From: Thiotrichaceae bacterium UBA973
GTDB taxonomy: Bacteria > Pseudomonadota > Gammaproteobacteria > Eutrophobiales > Eutrophobiaceae
Assembly (NCBI GenBank): GCA_002292815.1
Contig: DBBX01000031.1
Coordinates: 38,472 to 102,471 of the forward strand
Direction of reading: 5' to 3'
Length of the DNA stretch: 64,000 nt
Shown: piece by piece, positions 20,906-31,819 of the stretch
How the letters are laid out: each line of letters starts with the position of its first letter
How positions within the stretch are numbered: the first letter of the stretch is position 1
The notes under the pieces: model-generated
What the model was told of the DNA's origin: nothing
Databases searched by the model: none
What the model saw: the letters and a program-made list of their open reading frames with translations, nothing else
Position numbers and translations under genes: made by a program

Positions 20906-22122
20906 ATTTGTTGGCCTCTCACAACTCGAGGTTGTAAACCAGCTATGCCCATCGCCTGTTGAATAAAAGTTTCTTTTACTGCCGGCATAGTATCAAGCAT
21001 AAGCATAGCCAGATTTCTTGCGGGGATGAGCAATGGATTTTTATTATAAAAACTACTCGCCAATCGATTTGTAAATCGCATCACACGCTGTTGATCTGGG
21101 AGTCTTAGTTTTATGTAATTCTCCAATATACTGATGTCGTCAACATCGACTCCTTTTTCAATCGCCGCAAAAACACATTCCGCTAGACCAGAAACATCTC
21201 GCAGCCCAAGATTAAACCCCTGTGCAGAATTAGGGTGTATTGAATGCGCCGCATTACCCAATAAAATTAGTTGCTGCTTATATTGCTCAACTGCTTCAAT
21301 AAATATTATCGGGTAAGAACGACGTTGCCCAATATGTTCGAGTTTACCAAGACGACGTCCAAACTCCGTTTCAACAGCTTCAATAAATTGCTTTTCAGTC
21401 ATCGACATATATCGAACTGCATCTTCAGCAGCTACGGTAAACACCAACACTGAACGATTCTTATCAATAGGCAACAGCGCTACTGGACCATGATGAGTAA
21501 AACGTTCAAACGCCGTTGCCAGATTTGGCTTTTGTGTACTTACATTGGCAACAATAGCCGTCTGCTTAAAATCATGTTCTTTTGTATTGATAGCCGCTAA
21601 ACGTCTTACCAATGATTGGCTACCATCTGCGCCAACTAATAGCCCTGCGGTGATTAATTCACTATGACCTGCATGAGATAACTCAACCGACATTCCTGCT
21701 TCACTTTGCTTAAAGCACTTCAGTTCTGCCGGACAAATAAGTGTTATGTTTTCATACGATAACATTTGTTTATGCAGGGCTTGCCCAAGAGATCGTGCCA
21801 CAACAACGTGCCCTAACTCATCTTTATCAGTTTGAGCGGCATCCAGATGCATGAAACCAAATCGACCTTGCTCAGAGACGTGTATTTTTTTAATCGGATT
21901 TACAGCTGGCAGTACATTTTCCCATACACCGATATGTTCCAGGATTCGTTTCGACGAAAGAGACAAGGTGAGCCCCCTGTCGTCATAACTCGGCTGCTGA
22001 TCATTCTTTAATGTAACCGCTTCAACGACAGCAATGCGCAAACCCGATGGTGCCAAGGCACAAGCCAAACTGGCACCGACCATGCCTGCGCCAATAATAA
22101 CAACATCATAATCACGCGACAT
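20902..22122 (-). CDS. ubiH: 2-octaprenyl-6-methoxyphenol hydroxylase
   Basis: 406 aa with VIIGAGMVGA and LLGNAAHSIHPNSAQGFNLGLRD. It shows pepP-ubiH-visC synteny. Confidence 0.8.
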   Translation of the reverse strand: MSRDYDVVIIGAGMVGASLACALAPSGLRIAVVEAVTLKNDQQPSYDDRGLTLSLSSKRILEHIGVWENVLPAVNPIKKIHVSEQGRFGFMHLDAAQTDKDELGHVVVARSLGQALHKQMLSYENITLICPAELKCFKQSEAGMSVELSHAGHSELITAGLLVGADGSQSLVRRLAAINTKEHDFKQTAIVANVSTQKPNLATAFERFTHHGPVALLPIDKNRSVLVFTVAAEDAVRYMSMTEKQFIEAVETEFGRRLGKLEHIGQRRSYPIIFIEAVEQYKQQLILLGNAAHSIHPNSAQGFNLGLRDVSGLAECVFAAIEKGVDVDDISILENYIKLRLPDQQRVMRFTNRLASSFYNKNPLLIPARNLAMLMLDTMPAVKETFIQQAMGIAGLQPRVVRGQQI

Positions 22123-23425
22123 TGGCCATCAATTCCTCTATTTCGTCGGCTTGCTTTGGCGCATCTTTGCTTAACACTTCATAACCATCTTTAGTAACGA
22201 GGACATCGTCTTCAATTCTTATACCGATGTTCCACCATTTTTTAGGGAGGCCACGCATTCCTGCGGGCAAGTAAAGCCCGGGTTCAACCGTCATTACCAT
22301 GCCCGGCTCCAGCATACGCCATTCACCATCAAGCTTATAATCACCTACATCATGAACGTCCATACCAATCCAGTGGCCAGTCCGATGCATATAATATTTT
22401 GTGTAATCCTGATCCTTGATTAGCTCTTCCGGGTCACCTTTTAAAATGCCCAGTTCAACCATTCCCTCGGTTAACACCCTGACCGCCGCATCATGTGGGT
22501 CATTCCAATGGTTGCCCGGTTTTACTTCCTCTATCGCAGCAAGTTGTGCTGCTAATACCAAATCATAAGCCTGACGTTGTGCTGTAGAAAATCGTCCACT
22601 AGCGGGGAAGGTTCGGGTAACATCACTCGCGTAACCTTGATATTCAGCACCAGCATCGATCAATAATAAATCGCCATCATTAATTTCATCCTGATTTTCT
22701 GTGTAATGTAAAATACAGCCATTAGCCCCTGAGCCAACAATCGAAGGATAAGCTGCCGCACGAGCACCATTTCGAATAAACTCATGTATCAATTCAGCTT
22801 CAATCTGATATTCATGCATACCCGGTTTGCAATTCTGCATCGCACGTTGATGAGCTTTAGAGGATATCCTCGCCGCCTGACGCATTAACTTTATCTCTAG
22901 CCTGCTTTTATAAAGCCGCATATCATGTAAAAAATGGTTTAAGGAAATAAATTCGTCGGGCGCAACAACGCCGGTTCTGACCTTGTCCCTAATCTGCTTA
23001 ACCCATGCCATAACCCGCTGATCAAAGTTTTGATCACTGCCCATATTGTAGAAAATACGTTCATGCCCCTCGATCAGGCCGGGCAAAATGTCATCCATGT
23101 CCTCAATGGGAAAGGCATCATCAGCGCCATAAACCTCCAGCGCCCCTTCAAGGCCAGCTCGTCGCCCATGCCAGGTCTCCATCTCTTCATCACTTTCACG
23201 ACAAAATAAAATAAATTCGCCATCAGCTCGATCCGGGATTAAAACGGCTACGGCCTCAGGCTCTGGGTACGCTGTTAAATAGTAAAAATCGCTATCTGGA
23301 CGGAATGGAAATTCGACATCACGGTTGCGAATATAGACTGATGCCGTCGGCATGATGGCAATACTGTCTGAGCCGATCATATCCATCAGGCGTTTTCTCC
23401 GGCGTAGACACTCCTTCTTATCCAT
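22112..23425 (-). CDS. pepP: Xaa-Pro aminopeptidase
   Basis: 437 aa, M24B, with DAGAEYQGYASDVTRT, HRTGHWIGMDVHD, VEPG.Y, IRIEDD. Confidence 0.93.
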   Translation of the reverse strand: MDKKECLRRRKRLMDMIGSDSIAIMPTASVYIRNRDVEFPFRPDSDFYYLTAYPEPEAVAVLIPDRADGEFILFCRESDEEMETWHGRRAGLEGALEVYGADDAFPIEDMDDILPGLIEGHERIFYNMGSDQNFDQRVMAWVKQIRDKVRTGVVAPDEFISLNHFLHDMRLYKSRLEIKLMRQAARISSKAHQRAMQNCKPGMHEYQIEAELIHEFIRNGARAAAYPSIVGSGANGCILHYTENQDEINDGDLLLIDAGAEYQGYASDVTRTFPASGRFSTAQRQAYDLVLAAQLAAIEEVKPGNHWNDPHDAAVRVLTEGMVELGILKGDPEELIKDQDYTKYYMHRTGHWIGMDVHDVGDYKLDGEWRMLEPGMVMTVEPGLYLPAGMRGLPKKWWNIGIRIEDDVLVTKDGYEVLSKDAPKQADEIEELMANVA

Positions 23426-23988
23426 TAATGTAACACCTCTGGTATTTCACCATCGTCATCCGGATGATGTAATTCTTGATGCAACATAATGACTCCGACT
23501 CGGATATATTCAATAATCTCGAACAATGCCCCCTCAGCATCCTCATCCTCTTCTAGTGACGTTTCCATGCGTGATATAGAGACGACATCTTTAATAAACT
23601 CATCGCATTCATCTATTAATTTTGGTTTTTCGCCTAATCCACCAATGCCCAAACCACTCACAAAGCCAGCGCTCCATTCTGCCAATGCGCTAGAACGCTC
23701 ACTAATTGGCGATTCATCATCCGGAAGAAAAAGCGCAAAAGAGAGCTCATCTGAGAGTATTTCTTCACAAACCTGGTCAGCAAGTTGAGAAAGAATGACG
23801 AAACACGCTCCCAAGTCAGCATCGTCATCGATACCCGCCAATAAATAATCTTGCCAAACCTCTACGGCAACTGTATTACTGGTACAAAAATAGCCACACA
23901 TGAAACCATGGCACTCCGGGGCAAGGACGCCCGCATGCAAGGCCATCAATTCGGCATTAACTTCATCATAATTCACTATAGTCGTCAT
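23425..23988 (-). CDS. ygfB: UPF0149 family protein YgfB
   Basis: 187 aa, acidic, in the conserved position upstream of pepP. It has ECHGFMCG and W..GF..G motifs. Confidence 0.8.
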   Translation of the reverse strand: MTTIVNYDEVNAELMALHAGVLAPECHGFMCGYFCTSNTVAVEVWQDYLLAGIDDDADLGACFVILSQLADQVCEEILSDELSFALFLPDDESPISERSSALAEWSAGFVSGLGIGGLGEKPKLIDECDEFIKDVVSISRMETSLEEDEDAEGALFEIIEYIRVGVIMLHQELHHPDDDGEIPEVLH

Positions 23989-24079
23989 TTTCTTGATAAT
24001 TTCTTAAATATTTGATTAATTTTCACTGAACAATAATAACAGGAAGCGGCCAACAGCTGCTGCTATTTGTCATCACCTG

Positions 24080-24108
24080 TTGACCCGCTAATTCAGGCAT
24101 TCTATATT
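24080..24108 (+). promoter_or_regulatory. Candidate sigma70 promoter of the zapB-like/zapA/ssrS unit
   Basis: TTGACC (24080-24085), a 17-nt spacer, then TATATT (24103-24108), about 65 nt before the ATG at 24173. The call rests on a motif match only. Confidence 0.4.
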
Positions 24109-24172
24109 GATGTTACTATGATAAATCAACAATAAAACCAGTTCACGCAGGAACGGGCATCAGGAACCTATC

Positions 24173-24397
24173 ATGAGCAATAACGACATTGAAAGTACCG
24201 ACCTCGGGGCACTAGAAGCACGGGTTGATGAACTAATTGGCACGGTAAGCCAGCTAAAATCGGAAAATTCTGCACTTCGTAACCAACAAGACAGCTTGGT
24301 AAACGAACGCGCCGTTTTGATAGAGAAAACGGAACAGGCCAGAACCCGAATCGAATCTATGATATCTCGTCTACGCTCAATGGAAACGCGTACATGA
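24173..24397 (+). CDS. Coiled-coil protein preceding zapA (TIGR02449/ZapB-like)
   Basis: 74 aa with a heptad-rich sequence LEARVDELIGTVSQLKSENSALRNQ...IEKTEQARTRIESMISRL. It overlaps zapA by ATGA. Confidence 0.7.
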   Translation: MSNNDIESTDLGALEARVDELIGTVSQLKSENSALRNQQDSLVNERAVLIEKTEQARTRIESMISRLRSMETRT

Positions 24398-24741
24398 GCA
24401 AAGATACCTCACCAATAAAAGTCATTATCCTCGATAAAGAATATCTGATCGGCTGTGAAGAGGGTGAAAAAGAATCGCTGCGACAATCTGTAGACTACCT
24501 TAATCAACAGATGGCCGACATGAAAAGCAGTGGCGGCGTAATCGGCGCAGAACGAATTGCCGTTATGACAGCATTAAATATCACTAATGAATTGCTGGCA
24601 TACAAAAAAGAAAATCAAGACTATACTTTTAAAATTGACAGTACCTTGAAACGACTACAAACTAAAATTAATGACGCCTTGGTAAGAGATACGCAACTGG
24701 ACATGGTTGATATTGATAATCCAGTTTCACAAGGCGGATAG
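24394..24741 (+). CDS. zapA: Cell division protein ZapA
   Basis: 115 aa. The pattern I.ILDKEY.I.C.......L..S..YLN..M.....SG....ERIAVMTALNI..EL fits ZapA, and 6S RNA follows immediately as in E. coli. Confidence 0.85.
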   Translation: MSKDTSPIKVIILDKEYLIGCEEGEKESLRQSVDYLNQQMADMKSSGGVIGAERIAVMTALNITNELLAYKKENQDYTFKIDSTLKRLQTKINDALVRDTQLDMVDIDNPVSQGG

Positions 24742-24752
24742 AAATCAAGTAT

Positions 24753-24941
24753 GGGTATCTTCTGTGATGCTCGTTATCATACTCGTGGTAACTTGAGCCG
24801 ATAAGATATAACACAGGGATTCTGAAAGCAGCGTTGTTGTGCAGTCCATCCACGTGGAAAGCCTGATACGCTACCTAAGACACCCACTTGAACCTCTGGT
24901 TCAAGTTCAACGTCTGAAACGACATTATGGTTGATACCCCC
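24753..24941 (+). ncRNA. ssrS: 6S RNA
   Basis: The closing stem pairs GGGTATC..CTGTGATG.TCGTT with AACGA.CATTATGG..GATACCC. The central-bubble blocks GAGCCGATAAGATATAACACAGGG and CACCCACTTGAACCTCTGGTTCAAGTTCAACG parallel E. coli GAGCCGAUAUUUCAUACCACAAG and CACCUUGAACCAAGGGUUCAAGGGUUACAG. It lies directly 3' of zapA. The ends are approximate. Confidence 0.85.
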
Positions 24942-25026
24942 TTCTTTTTTCTGTTTTCTTTCTTTTAGTTCGAGTAATTTTTTACTTTAATATTCTTCTT
25001 TGCTTTTGATTTCGCCTAAATTTCAA

Positions 25027-25824
25027 CTAAAACTCTACATCATATTCCGTAATCAACGGAGCATGATCCGAAAACCTCTCGTCCTTATAAATTGATACCG
25101 ATTTAATCTTGTCTCTCAGACCCGGCGTCACTACTTGATAATCGATCCGCCACCCCACATTCTTTGCCCAAGCCTGTCCACGATTTGACCACCAGGTATA
25201 TTGATCGGGCTCTTGGTTCGCTACACGAAAAGAATCAACCATCCCAATCTTGTCAAACAGCTCATCCATCCACGCACGTTCTTCTGGCAGAAAACCAGAA
25301 TTTTTTAAATTACCTTTCCAGTTTTTTAGATCGATCTCTTTATGCGCAATATTCCAGTCCCCACAAATTATATATTCGCGTTTTTGCCGCCGCATTTTTT
25401 TTAGTATTGGAGTGAAGCGATCAAGAAAATCAAATTTAATTAACTGTCGTTCTTCTTTTGATGAGCCAGAAGGCAGATACAGAGAAATAATACTAAGCTT
25501 ACCAAAATCAAACTGCAAAAATCGACCTTCTGTATCAGCAACAGACCAACCTAGTTTGTTAATAATCTTATCTGGTTCTTTTTTACTATAGATGGCAGTG
25601 CCACTATAGCCTTTCTTTTCCGCATCATTAAAACTGGCGTAATAGCCCTTGGGCTGTAGGATCTCGTCAACTAATTGATCAATCTGTGCCTTGGTCTCCT
25701 GTATACAGATAACATCTGCTTTTTGATTCTGCATCCAGTCAAAAAAACCTTTTCTATGCGCGGCACGAATACCATTAGTATTAACACTGATAACTTTCAC
25801 TGCTTTCCCCTGTTTTTTTTGCAC
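25027..25824 (-). CDS. xthA: Exodeoxyribonuclease III
   Basis: 265 aa with NTNGIRA, DVICIQETK, GDWNIAH, DHAPL. Confidence 0.93.
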   Translation of the reverse strand: MQKKQGKAVKVISVNTNGIRAAHRKGFFDWMQNQKADVICIQETKAQIDQLVDEILQPKGYYASFNDAEKKGYSGTAIYSKKEPDKIINKLGWSVADTEGRFLQFDFGKLSIISLYLPSGSSKEERQLIKFDFLDRFTPILKKMRRQKREYIICGDWNIAHKEIDLKNWKGNLKNSGFLPEERAWMDELFDKIGMVDSFRVANQEPDQYTWWSNRGQAWAKNVGWRIDYQVVTPGLRDKIKSVSIYKDERFSDHAPLITEYDVEF

Positions 25825-25898
25825 TGTATCATAGTCACACGAACGTGATGTAGTAGAGCAATCACCAATAAAATTAAAACGAACATTAAGGTATGTAA

Positions 25899-26543
25899 AT
25901 GGAACAATATCAAAAAGAATTTATTGAATTTGCTATTGAAAAAGAAGTGTTACGATTTGGTGAATTCACTCTGAAGTCAGGCCGCGTTAGCCCCTATTTT
26001 TTTAATAGTGGGTTATTTAATGACGGGAAAAGCCTGTCTGAACTCGGCAAGTATTATGCCTCCGCGGTAATACATGCGGGAGTGGAATTCGACATGATCT
26101 ATGGTCCAGCCTATAAAGGCATACCATTGGCATCAACCATGGCGATAGCTTTTCAGGAACAACACCAGGCGAGTTATCCTTTTTGTTTCAATAGAAAAGA
26201 GGTGAAAGATCATGGTGAGGGCGGCATTACCTTTGGTGCTGATATTAACGGGCGTGTATTAATCATCGATGATGTCATCTCAGCTGGCACATCAATTCGT
26301 GAATCTGTCGAACTAATTAATACTAAAGGTGGCCGCACCGTTGCAGCCATAGTCGCCGTTGATCGTCAGGAACGTGGAGAGGGAAAGCTATCGGCTATTC
26401 AGGAAGTGGAACAACTGCACGATATTAGGGTCATAAATATTGTCAGCTTGGACAATATCATTACTTTTATGACCGAGCATGGCGAAATGCCGGAGCATCT
26501 TGAAGCTATAAATAGCTATAAGCAAAAATATGGCTCTACCTAA
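25899..26543 (+). CDS. pyrE: Orotate phosphoribosyltransferase
   Basis: 214 aa with FGEFTLKSGR.SPYFFN, GPAYKGIPLA, VLIIDDVISAGTS. Confidence 0.95.
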   Translation: MEQYQKEFIEFAIEKEVLRFGEFTLKSGRVSPYFFNSGLFNDGKSLSELGKYYASAVIHAGVEFDMIYGPAYKGIPLASTMAIAFQEQHQASYPFCFNRKEVKDHGEGGITFGADINGRVLIIDDVISAGTSIRESVELINTKGGRTVAAIVAVDRQERGEGKLSAIQEVEQLHDIRVINIVSLDNIITFMTEHGEMPEHLEAINSYKQKYGST

Positions 26544-26627
26544 ACATAGTGTAACAGGCATGACCTCAATGATGAGGCGTACTATACTCACAGTTCATGA
26601 GAAAATTTTAAATGTTAGGAGGAATTT

Positions 26628-27254
26628 ATGAGAAAACAATTATTTAGCACTTTAATTATTATGTTTGCGCTAAGTGGATTGACTCTCTCTGGAACAGCGC
26701 AGGCAAGAATGAAGTGTTGGACCAACAGTGACGGCATAAAAGAATGTGGTAACAAAATTCCGCCTGAATATGCACAAAAAGAGCACCACGAACTTGGTGA
26801 AGGCGGCCTGGTACGGGAAAAAACTGAGAGGGCCAAATCCGATGAAGAACTGGCCGAAGCAAGACGCTTAGAAAAAGAACAGGCTGAACAAGAAAAAATT
26901 GATGCTGACAAGAAAAAACAAGATCAAATACTCTTAGCCACATTCAGTAATGTCAGTGATATTGAAAGAGCACGTGACGATCGGGTTACTGCTCTGGAAG
27001 CAACTATAAAGCTGACTCAAGCACGTAACGATAAAATACAGATTGATCTCGATAAACGTATTCAGACAGCAGCTGATGCAGAAAGAGCAGGCAAAGCACC
27101 CGCTGAGGACTTGCTTAACGATATTGAGTCCTTAAAACGTCAAACTAGTAATAATAATACCTTTATTGAAGGGAAACGCGCGGAACAAGAAGAGATCAAA
27201 AAAGCACACGAAATTGATATAACGCGTTTTAAAAGGCTGAAAGGAATCGAATAA
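26628..27254 (+). CDS. Secreted coiled-coil protein with a DUF4124-like N-terminal domain
   Basis: 208 aa. It has a signal peptide, then KCWTNSDGIKECGNKIPPEY (DUF4124-like W.D..G......PP pattern), then a long charged coiled coil. Confidence 0.55.
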   Translation: MRKQLFSTLIIMFALSGLTLSGTAQARMKCWTNSDGIKECGNKIPPEYAQKEHHELGEGGLVREKTERAKSDEELAEARRLEKEQAEQEKIDADKKKQDQILLATFSNVSDIERARDDRVTALEATIKLTQARNDKIQIDLDKRIQTAADAERAGKAPAEDLLNDIESLKRQTSNNNTFIEGKRAEQEEIKKAHEIDITRFKRLKGIE

Positions 27255-27845
27255 TTATCTAAACAAACCTGCTTTCAATGCAACCCACTGATCACCCCAA
27301 TGTTCAGTGGGTTTTTTTGTGAAAGAACTCCGCACAAACTGTGACATCTTGCCTTCAGTATAAGTTAACATTTGATTAGCTGCAGCCTCCATATTACTGA
27401 TAGCTCGAGGACCTTCGGCTAAATTTGCTTCACGTAAGATTTGTCGTAACTGCGTTTCTAACCTTTCAAAGAACTGCACGACTCGAGCATGCAAGCGTTC
27501 GTTTTCTCCTAGCAACGCATCACCGATCAAGATACGTGTAATGCCCGGGTTCCTTTCAGAAAAACCCAGCATTAATTGAATAATCTTTTCGCATCGAACG
27601 GTTACATCAGTTTCATTGCTTAAAATTTTATTGATTAATCCAAATACAGTCTCTTCTGCAAAATCGATTAGCGCCTCAAACATCTTTGCCTTACTGGCAA
27701 AGTGTCGATACAAAGCTGCTTCTGAGACACCAACAGCACTGGCTAGACTTGCAGTTGTAATACGCAAGCCCGGGTTTGTTTCTAACTCATGAGCCAATAC
27801 TTCGAGGATCTGTTGTCGTCTATTCGGTTTTGTGTTCGTAGTCAT
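27255..27845 (-). CDS. slmA: Nucleoid occlusion factor SlmA (TetR family)
   Basis: 196 aa with RRQQILEVLA..LE.....RITTA.LA..VGVSEAALYRHF.SKAKMFE.LI.F.E. It shows dut/pyrE-neighbourhood synteny. Confidence 0.85.
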   Translation of the reverse strand: MTTNTKPNRRQQILEVLAHELETNPGLRITTASLASAVGVSEAALYRHFASKAKMFEALIDFAEETVFGLINKILSNETDVTVRCEKIIQLMLGFSERNPGITRILIGDALLGENERLHARVVQFFERLETQLRQILREANLAEGPRAISNMEAAANQMLTYTEGKMSQFVRSSFTKKPTEHWGDQWVALKAGLFR

Positions 27846-27858
27846 TATGCCCTCGTCG

Positions 27859-28782
<924 letters not shown>

Positions 28783-28815
28783 TTAGGATCTTCACGTAAT
28801 AATAAGTTCAAAAGA

Positions 28816-31344
28816 TTAAAATGGGGGCGCAGCGGGTATTATAAGTTTAATCGCTTCACGAAATTCCGACTGGATACGCTCTAGCGCTGCCTCACTCTCA
28901 CCCTCAAATCGCAATATGATATTCGGTGATGTATTGGAAGCTCTGGCCAATCCCCAGCCATCACTATACTCAATACGTAAACCATCAATGTCGATAACTT
29001 CGGCATCTGTCACGGACATCTTTTCAGCCAGCTCTTCCATAAAACCAGTATGCTGATCTTCAGGCAAAGACATTCTTAACTCAGGCGTTGAAACACCCTC
29101 AGGCAGTTCTGCAAATAATTTAGCTGGTGCTTCTTTAGCATTAGTAAATATCTCGACAAAACGCGCCGCTGTATATAGTGCGTCATCAAAACCATACCAA
29201 CGTTCTTTGAAAAAGATATGACCACTCAACTCACCTGCCAATGGCGCATCAACTTCCTTCATCTTGTTTTTGATAAATGAGTGCCCTGTTTTCCACATCA
29301 TCGGCACGCCACCATTAGTCTCAATAATAGATTTAAGATAACGACTACATTTAACATCAAAGATAATATTGGCGCCCTGATTACGCGAAAGAACATCTTT
29401 AGCTAATAACATAAGTTGTCGATCCGGCCAGATGATTTTTCCTTCACCGTCTACAACACCGAGTCGATCGCCATCACCATCAAAGGCAAAACCAACATCA
29501 GCGCCTTCAGCTTTGACTTTATCAACTAGATCTTTCAGGTTTTCTGGTTGGCTAGGATCCGGGTGGTGATTTGGAAACTTACCATCTATATCACAATAAA
29601 GTTCTACAACATCATGTCCCATAGCTTTCAGTAATTGCGGTACCAATGCCCCCGCTACACCATTACCACAATCAACAACAATCTTTAATGAAGAACCTAA
29701 TGCAACAGGTATATCCTCTGATATTCTTCGAATGTAATCTGCCGAGATATCAACATGTAGAAGACCGCCGTCACCAGTCGCATACTCCCCGGAAACCGTA
29801 CGGCTTTGTATATCTTTAATGTCATCACCGCTAAGCGTATTACCGTCTAACATAATCTTGAGACCATTATATTCTGCAGCATTATGACTTCCTGTAATCA
29901 TTACACCGCTACCAGTATCAAGGTGATACGTAGCAAAATAAAGCACCGGGGTTGGCACCATGCCTATGTCAATCACATCTCTGCCCGTGCCTCTTAACCC
30001 TTTAATCAGAGCCTCAGAAAGGTCCGGACTTGTTGTTCTGCCGTCTCTGGCAACGACAATTTCTTGTTGACCTCGTTCTAGCGCAATAGACCCTATCGCT
30101 CTGCCAATGTCATATACAGCAGTTTCAGTTAAGGTCTCACCAACGATGCCACGAATGTCATAAGCGCGGAAAATTACCGGTGCTATTTGTGGCTGCTCTG
30201 GTTCACTTGGCATTACTTCTTGTTCTGGCTCAGCGGTTAGATCAATTGTATCCGCTTGATCTATTGGTTCAGGCTTGCTTGATGGTGCAACGATCATTGT
30301 TGCATCATCCGTATTGATCCCTTGTGATATTGACTTTAAATTTGCTGTGATTCTATCCGCTTTCGGTAGATGAGGAACTAATTGCTCAAAACCCGCATGC
30401 GCACCTTCTGCAATTGCACGAACAGCACCCTCATAGGTAAGCAAATCAGCTTTTTCTTTTGATGATGAGGATGAGGATGAGGATCCTTTTTTAATTACAA
30501 CAAAATACACTCCTGCGCAGACGATCAATAACACAAGGACGATCAATATTATTGGTATGCCGGATGCGGAAGAACCATCGTCTGAGATGATTGGAGCACT
30601 TCCAGACCAATAAGCAATTATCCAACGCGTATCATTAACACTCACTGTTATTGCCGCGCCTTGTCTATGAGTATCATCACCAGTCTTTGCTAAGACCATA
30701 GTCTTTCCTGCTGCACGCTGAGTTAGCTCGGCATAACCATCATCTAATTCAATATCTTGCATTAAAGCATCAAGAAGACTGACATTCAGACTCAAATGCA
30801 ATAAACCAATCAATTCAAACGCATTATTGACGACACGCTCAATCATCACCACATGCTGGTTGATCGCACCAAACAAATGGACTTCCGTATTAATATGACT
30901 TGTTGTCTCTGCCTTGTTAAGCAGATCTAAAGAAGCGTAAGTTAGTGGAGGAATCTCAGCGTCATCTTGCGAATAAGAACCTGGGTTTAAATAGCGCAGC
31001 TTTAAAGCTTGGTTAAATATCGATTCTTTTTCTGCTGCTGCTGCACTCAAAGCCGCAGCATCGGCGCCTTGTTGAAACAACTCAATTGTTTGCACGTCCT
31101 TTGCCAAAGCAGAAAGCTTATTTTTTAACTCGTCCAAATTTTCTTGGACAGTTGCCGCGACACTTCTGGCAGCAGCATCCTTGGCTTCAAGTTCTGCTTT
31201 TTCAGCACTATTAGACAGGCTTGAGAACACCTTCCAACCACCGCCTACCACAAGAAAAAATACCAGAACGGATACAGAGATAATCACTGCCTTTCTCACA
31301 GTGCGTCGACTAAATCGACGATTAGTAACCGGACCATCAACCAT
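28816..31344 (-). CDS. algC: Phosphomannomutase/phosphoglucomutase with a ~390-aa membrane-anchored N-terminal extension
   Basis: 842 aa. Residues ~389-842 form a complete PMM/PGM core: FRAYDIRG, phosphoserine loop [29 protein letters not shown]. Residues 1-388 hold two TM segments (~18-37 and ~263-284) flanking a ~225-aa region, then a Ser8 tract and an acidic/Pro linker. The argB-algC-dut order matches Pseudomonas. Confidence 0.9.
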   Translation of the reverse strand: MVDGPVTNRRFSRRTVRKAVIISVSVLVFFLVVGGGWKVFSSLSNSAEKAELEAKDAAARSVAATVQENLDELKNKLSALAKDVQTIELFQQGADAAALSAAAAEKESIFNQALKLRYLNPGSYSQDDAEIPPLTYASLDLLNKAETTSHINTEVHLFGAINQHVVMIERVVNNAFELIGLLHLSLNVSLLDALMQDIELDDGYAELTQRAAGKTMVLAKTGDDTHRQGAAITVSVNDTRWIIAYWSGSAPIISDDGSSASGIPIILIVLVLLIVCAGVYFVVIKKGSSSSSSSSKEKADLLTYEGAVRAIAEGAHAGFEQLVPHLPKADRITANLKSISQGINTDDATMIVAPSSKPEPIDQADTIDLTAEPEQEVMPSEPEQPQIAPVIFRAYDIRGIVGETLTETAVYDIGRAIGSIALERGQQEIVVARDGRTTSPDLSEALIKGLRGTGRDVIDIGMVPTPVLYFATYHLDTGSGVMITGSHNAAEYNGLKIMLDGNTLSGDDIKDIQSRTVSGEYATGDGGLLHVDISADYIRRISEDIPVALGSSLKIVVDCGNGVAGALVPQLLKAMGHDVVELYCDIDGKFPNHHPDPSQPENLKDLVDKVKAEGADVGFAFDGDGDRLGVVDGEGKIIWPDRQLMLLAKDVLSRNQGANIIFDVKCSRYLKSIIETNGGVPMMWKTGHSFIKNKMKEVDAPLAGELSGHIFFKERWYGFDDALYTAARFVEIFTNAKEAPAKLFAELPEGVSTPELRMSLPEDQHTGFMEELAEKMSVTDAEVIDIDGLRIEYSDGWGLARASNTSPNIILRFEGESEAALERIQSEFREAIKLIIPAAPPF

Positions 31345-31819
31345 TAATCTTCTCCCCTAAATCCTGCGACACACCTGTGTGACCAAAACCACCGTCACCT
31401 CTCATTGTCTCTGTAAACGATTCAACAAATTCAAACTTAGCTTGTACTACTGGCACGATAACCATCTGCGCAATTCTATCACCAGGGTTTATGGTGAACT
31501 CTGTAACGCCTCTATTCCAACACGAAACAAAGATCTCACCCTGATAATCTGAATCGATTAAGCCAGTCAGATTTCCAAGAACAATACCATGTTTATGGCC
31601 TAAGCCAGAGCGTGGCAACAATACCGCCGCGTATGCATTGTCCGCAATATGAATAGCAAAACCGGCCGGTATCAACACAGTTTCACCCGGCCCTATTTGT
31701 AAGACATCATCTAGACAAGCACACAGGTCGAGCCCAGCAGAACCTTGTGTAGCGTAACTCGGCACAGGAAATTCATCGCCTAAGCGCTTATCAATGAGTT
31801 TTATTAATATTTTTTTCAT
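31337..31819 (-). CDS. dut: dUTP diphosphatase
   Basis: The start is moved to the ATG at 31819 ([32 protein letters not shown]), which aligns with E. coli Dut MKKIDVKILDPRVG. The ORF-track start at 31834 is a TTG. It overlaps the coaBC stop by 29 nt. Confidence 0.93.
   Translation of the reverse strand: MKKILIKLIDKRLGDEFPVPSYATQGSAGLDLCACLDDVLQIGPGETVLIPAGFAIHIADNAYAAVLLPRSGLGHKHGIVLGNLTGLIDSDYQGEIFVSCWNRGVTEFTINPGDRIAQMVIVPVVQAKFEFVESFTETMRGDGGFGHTGVSQDLGEKING

Noticed and set aside
24942-25020. About 75-nt polypyrimidine (C/T) run on the plus strand after 6S RNA.
   Set aside because: It is a strand-biased low-complexity spacer between convergent ssrS and xthA. It has no repeat unit or secondary structure and probably contributes only to 3'-end formation.
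27252-27257. Convergent genes (DUF4124 protein and slmA) whose stop codons abut with zero intergenic bases (TAA|TTA). The DUF4340 gene and the ATPase at 39784/39787 have a 2-nt gap.
   Set aside because: This is real, but it is a common consequence of compact genomes. I identified no terminator or regulatory structure at either junction.
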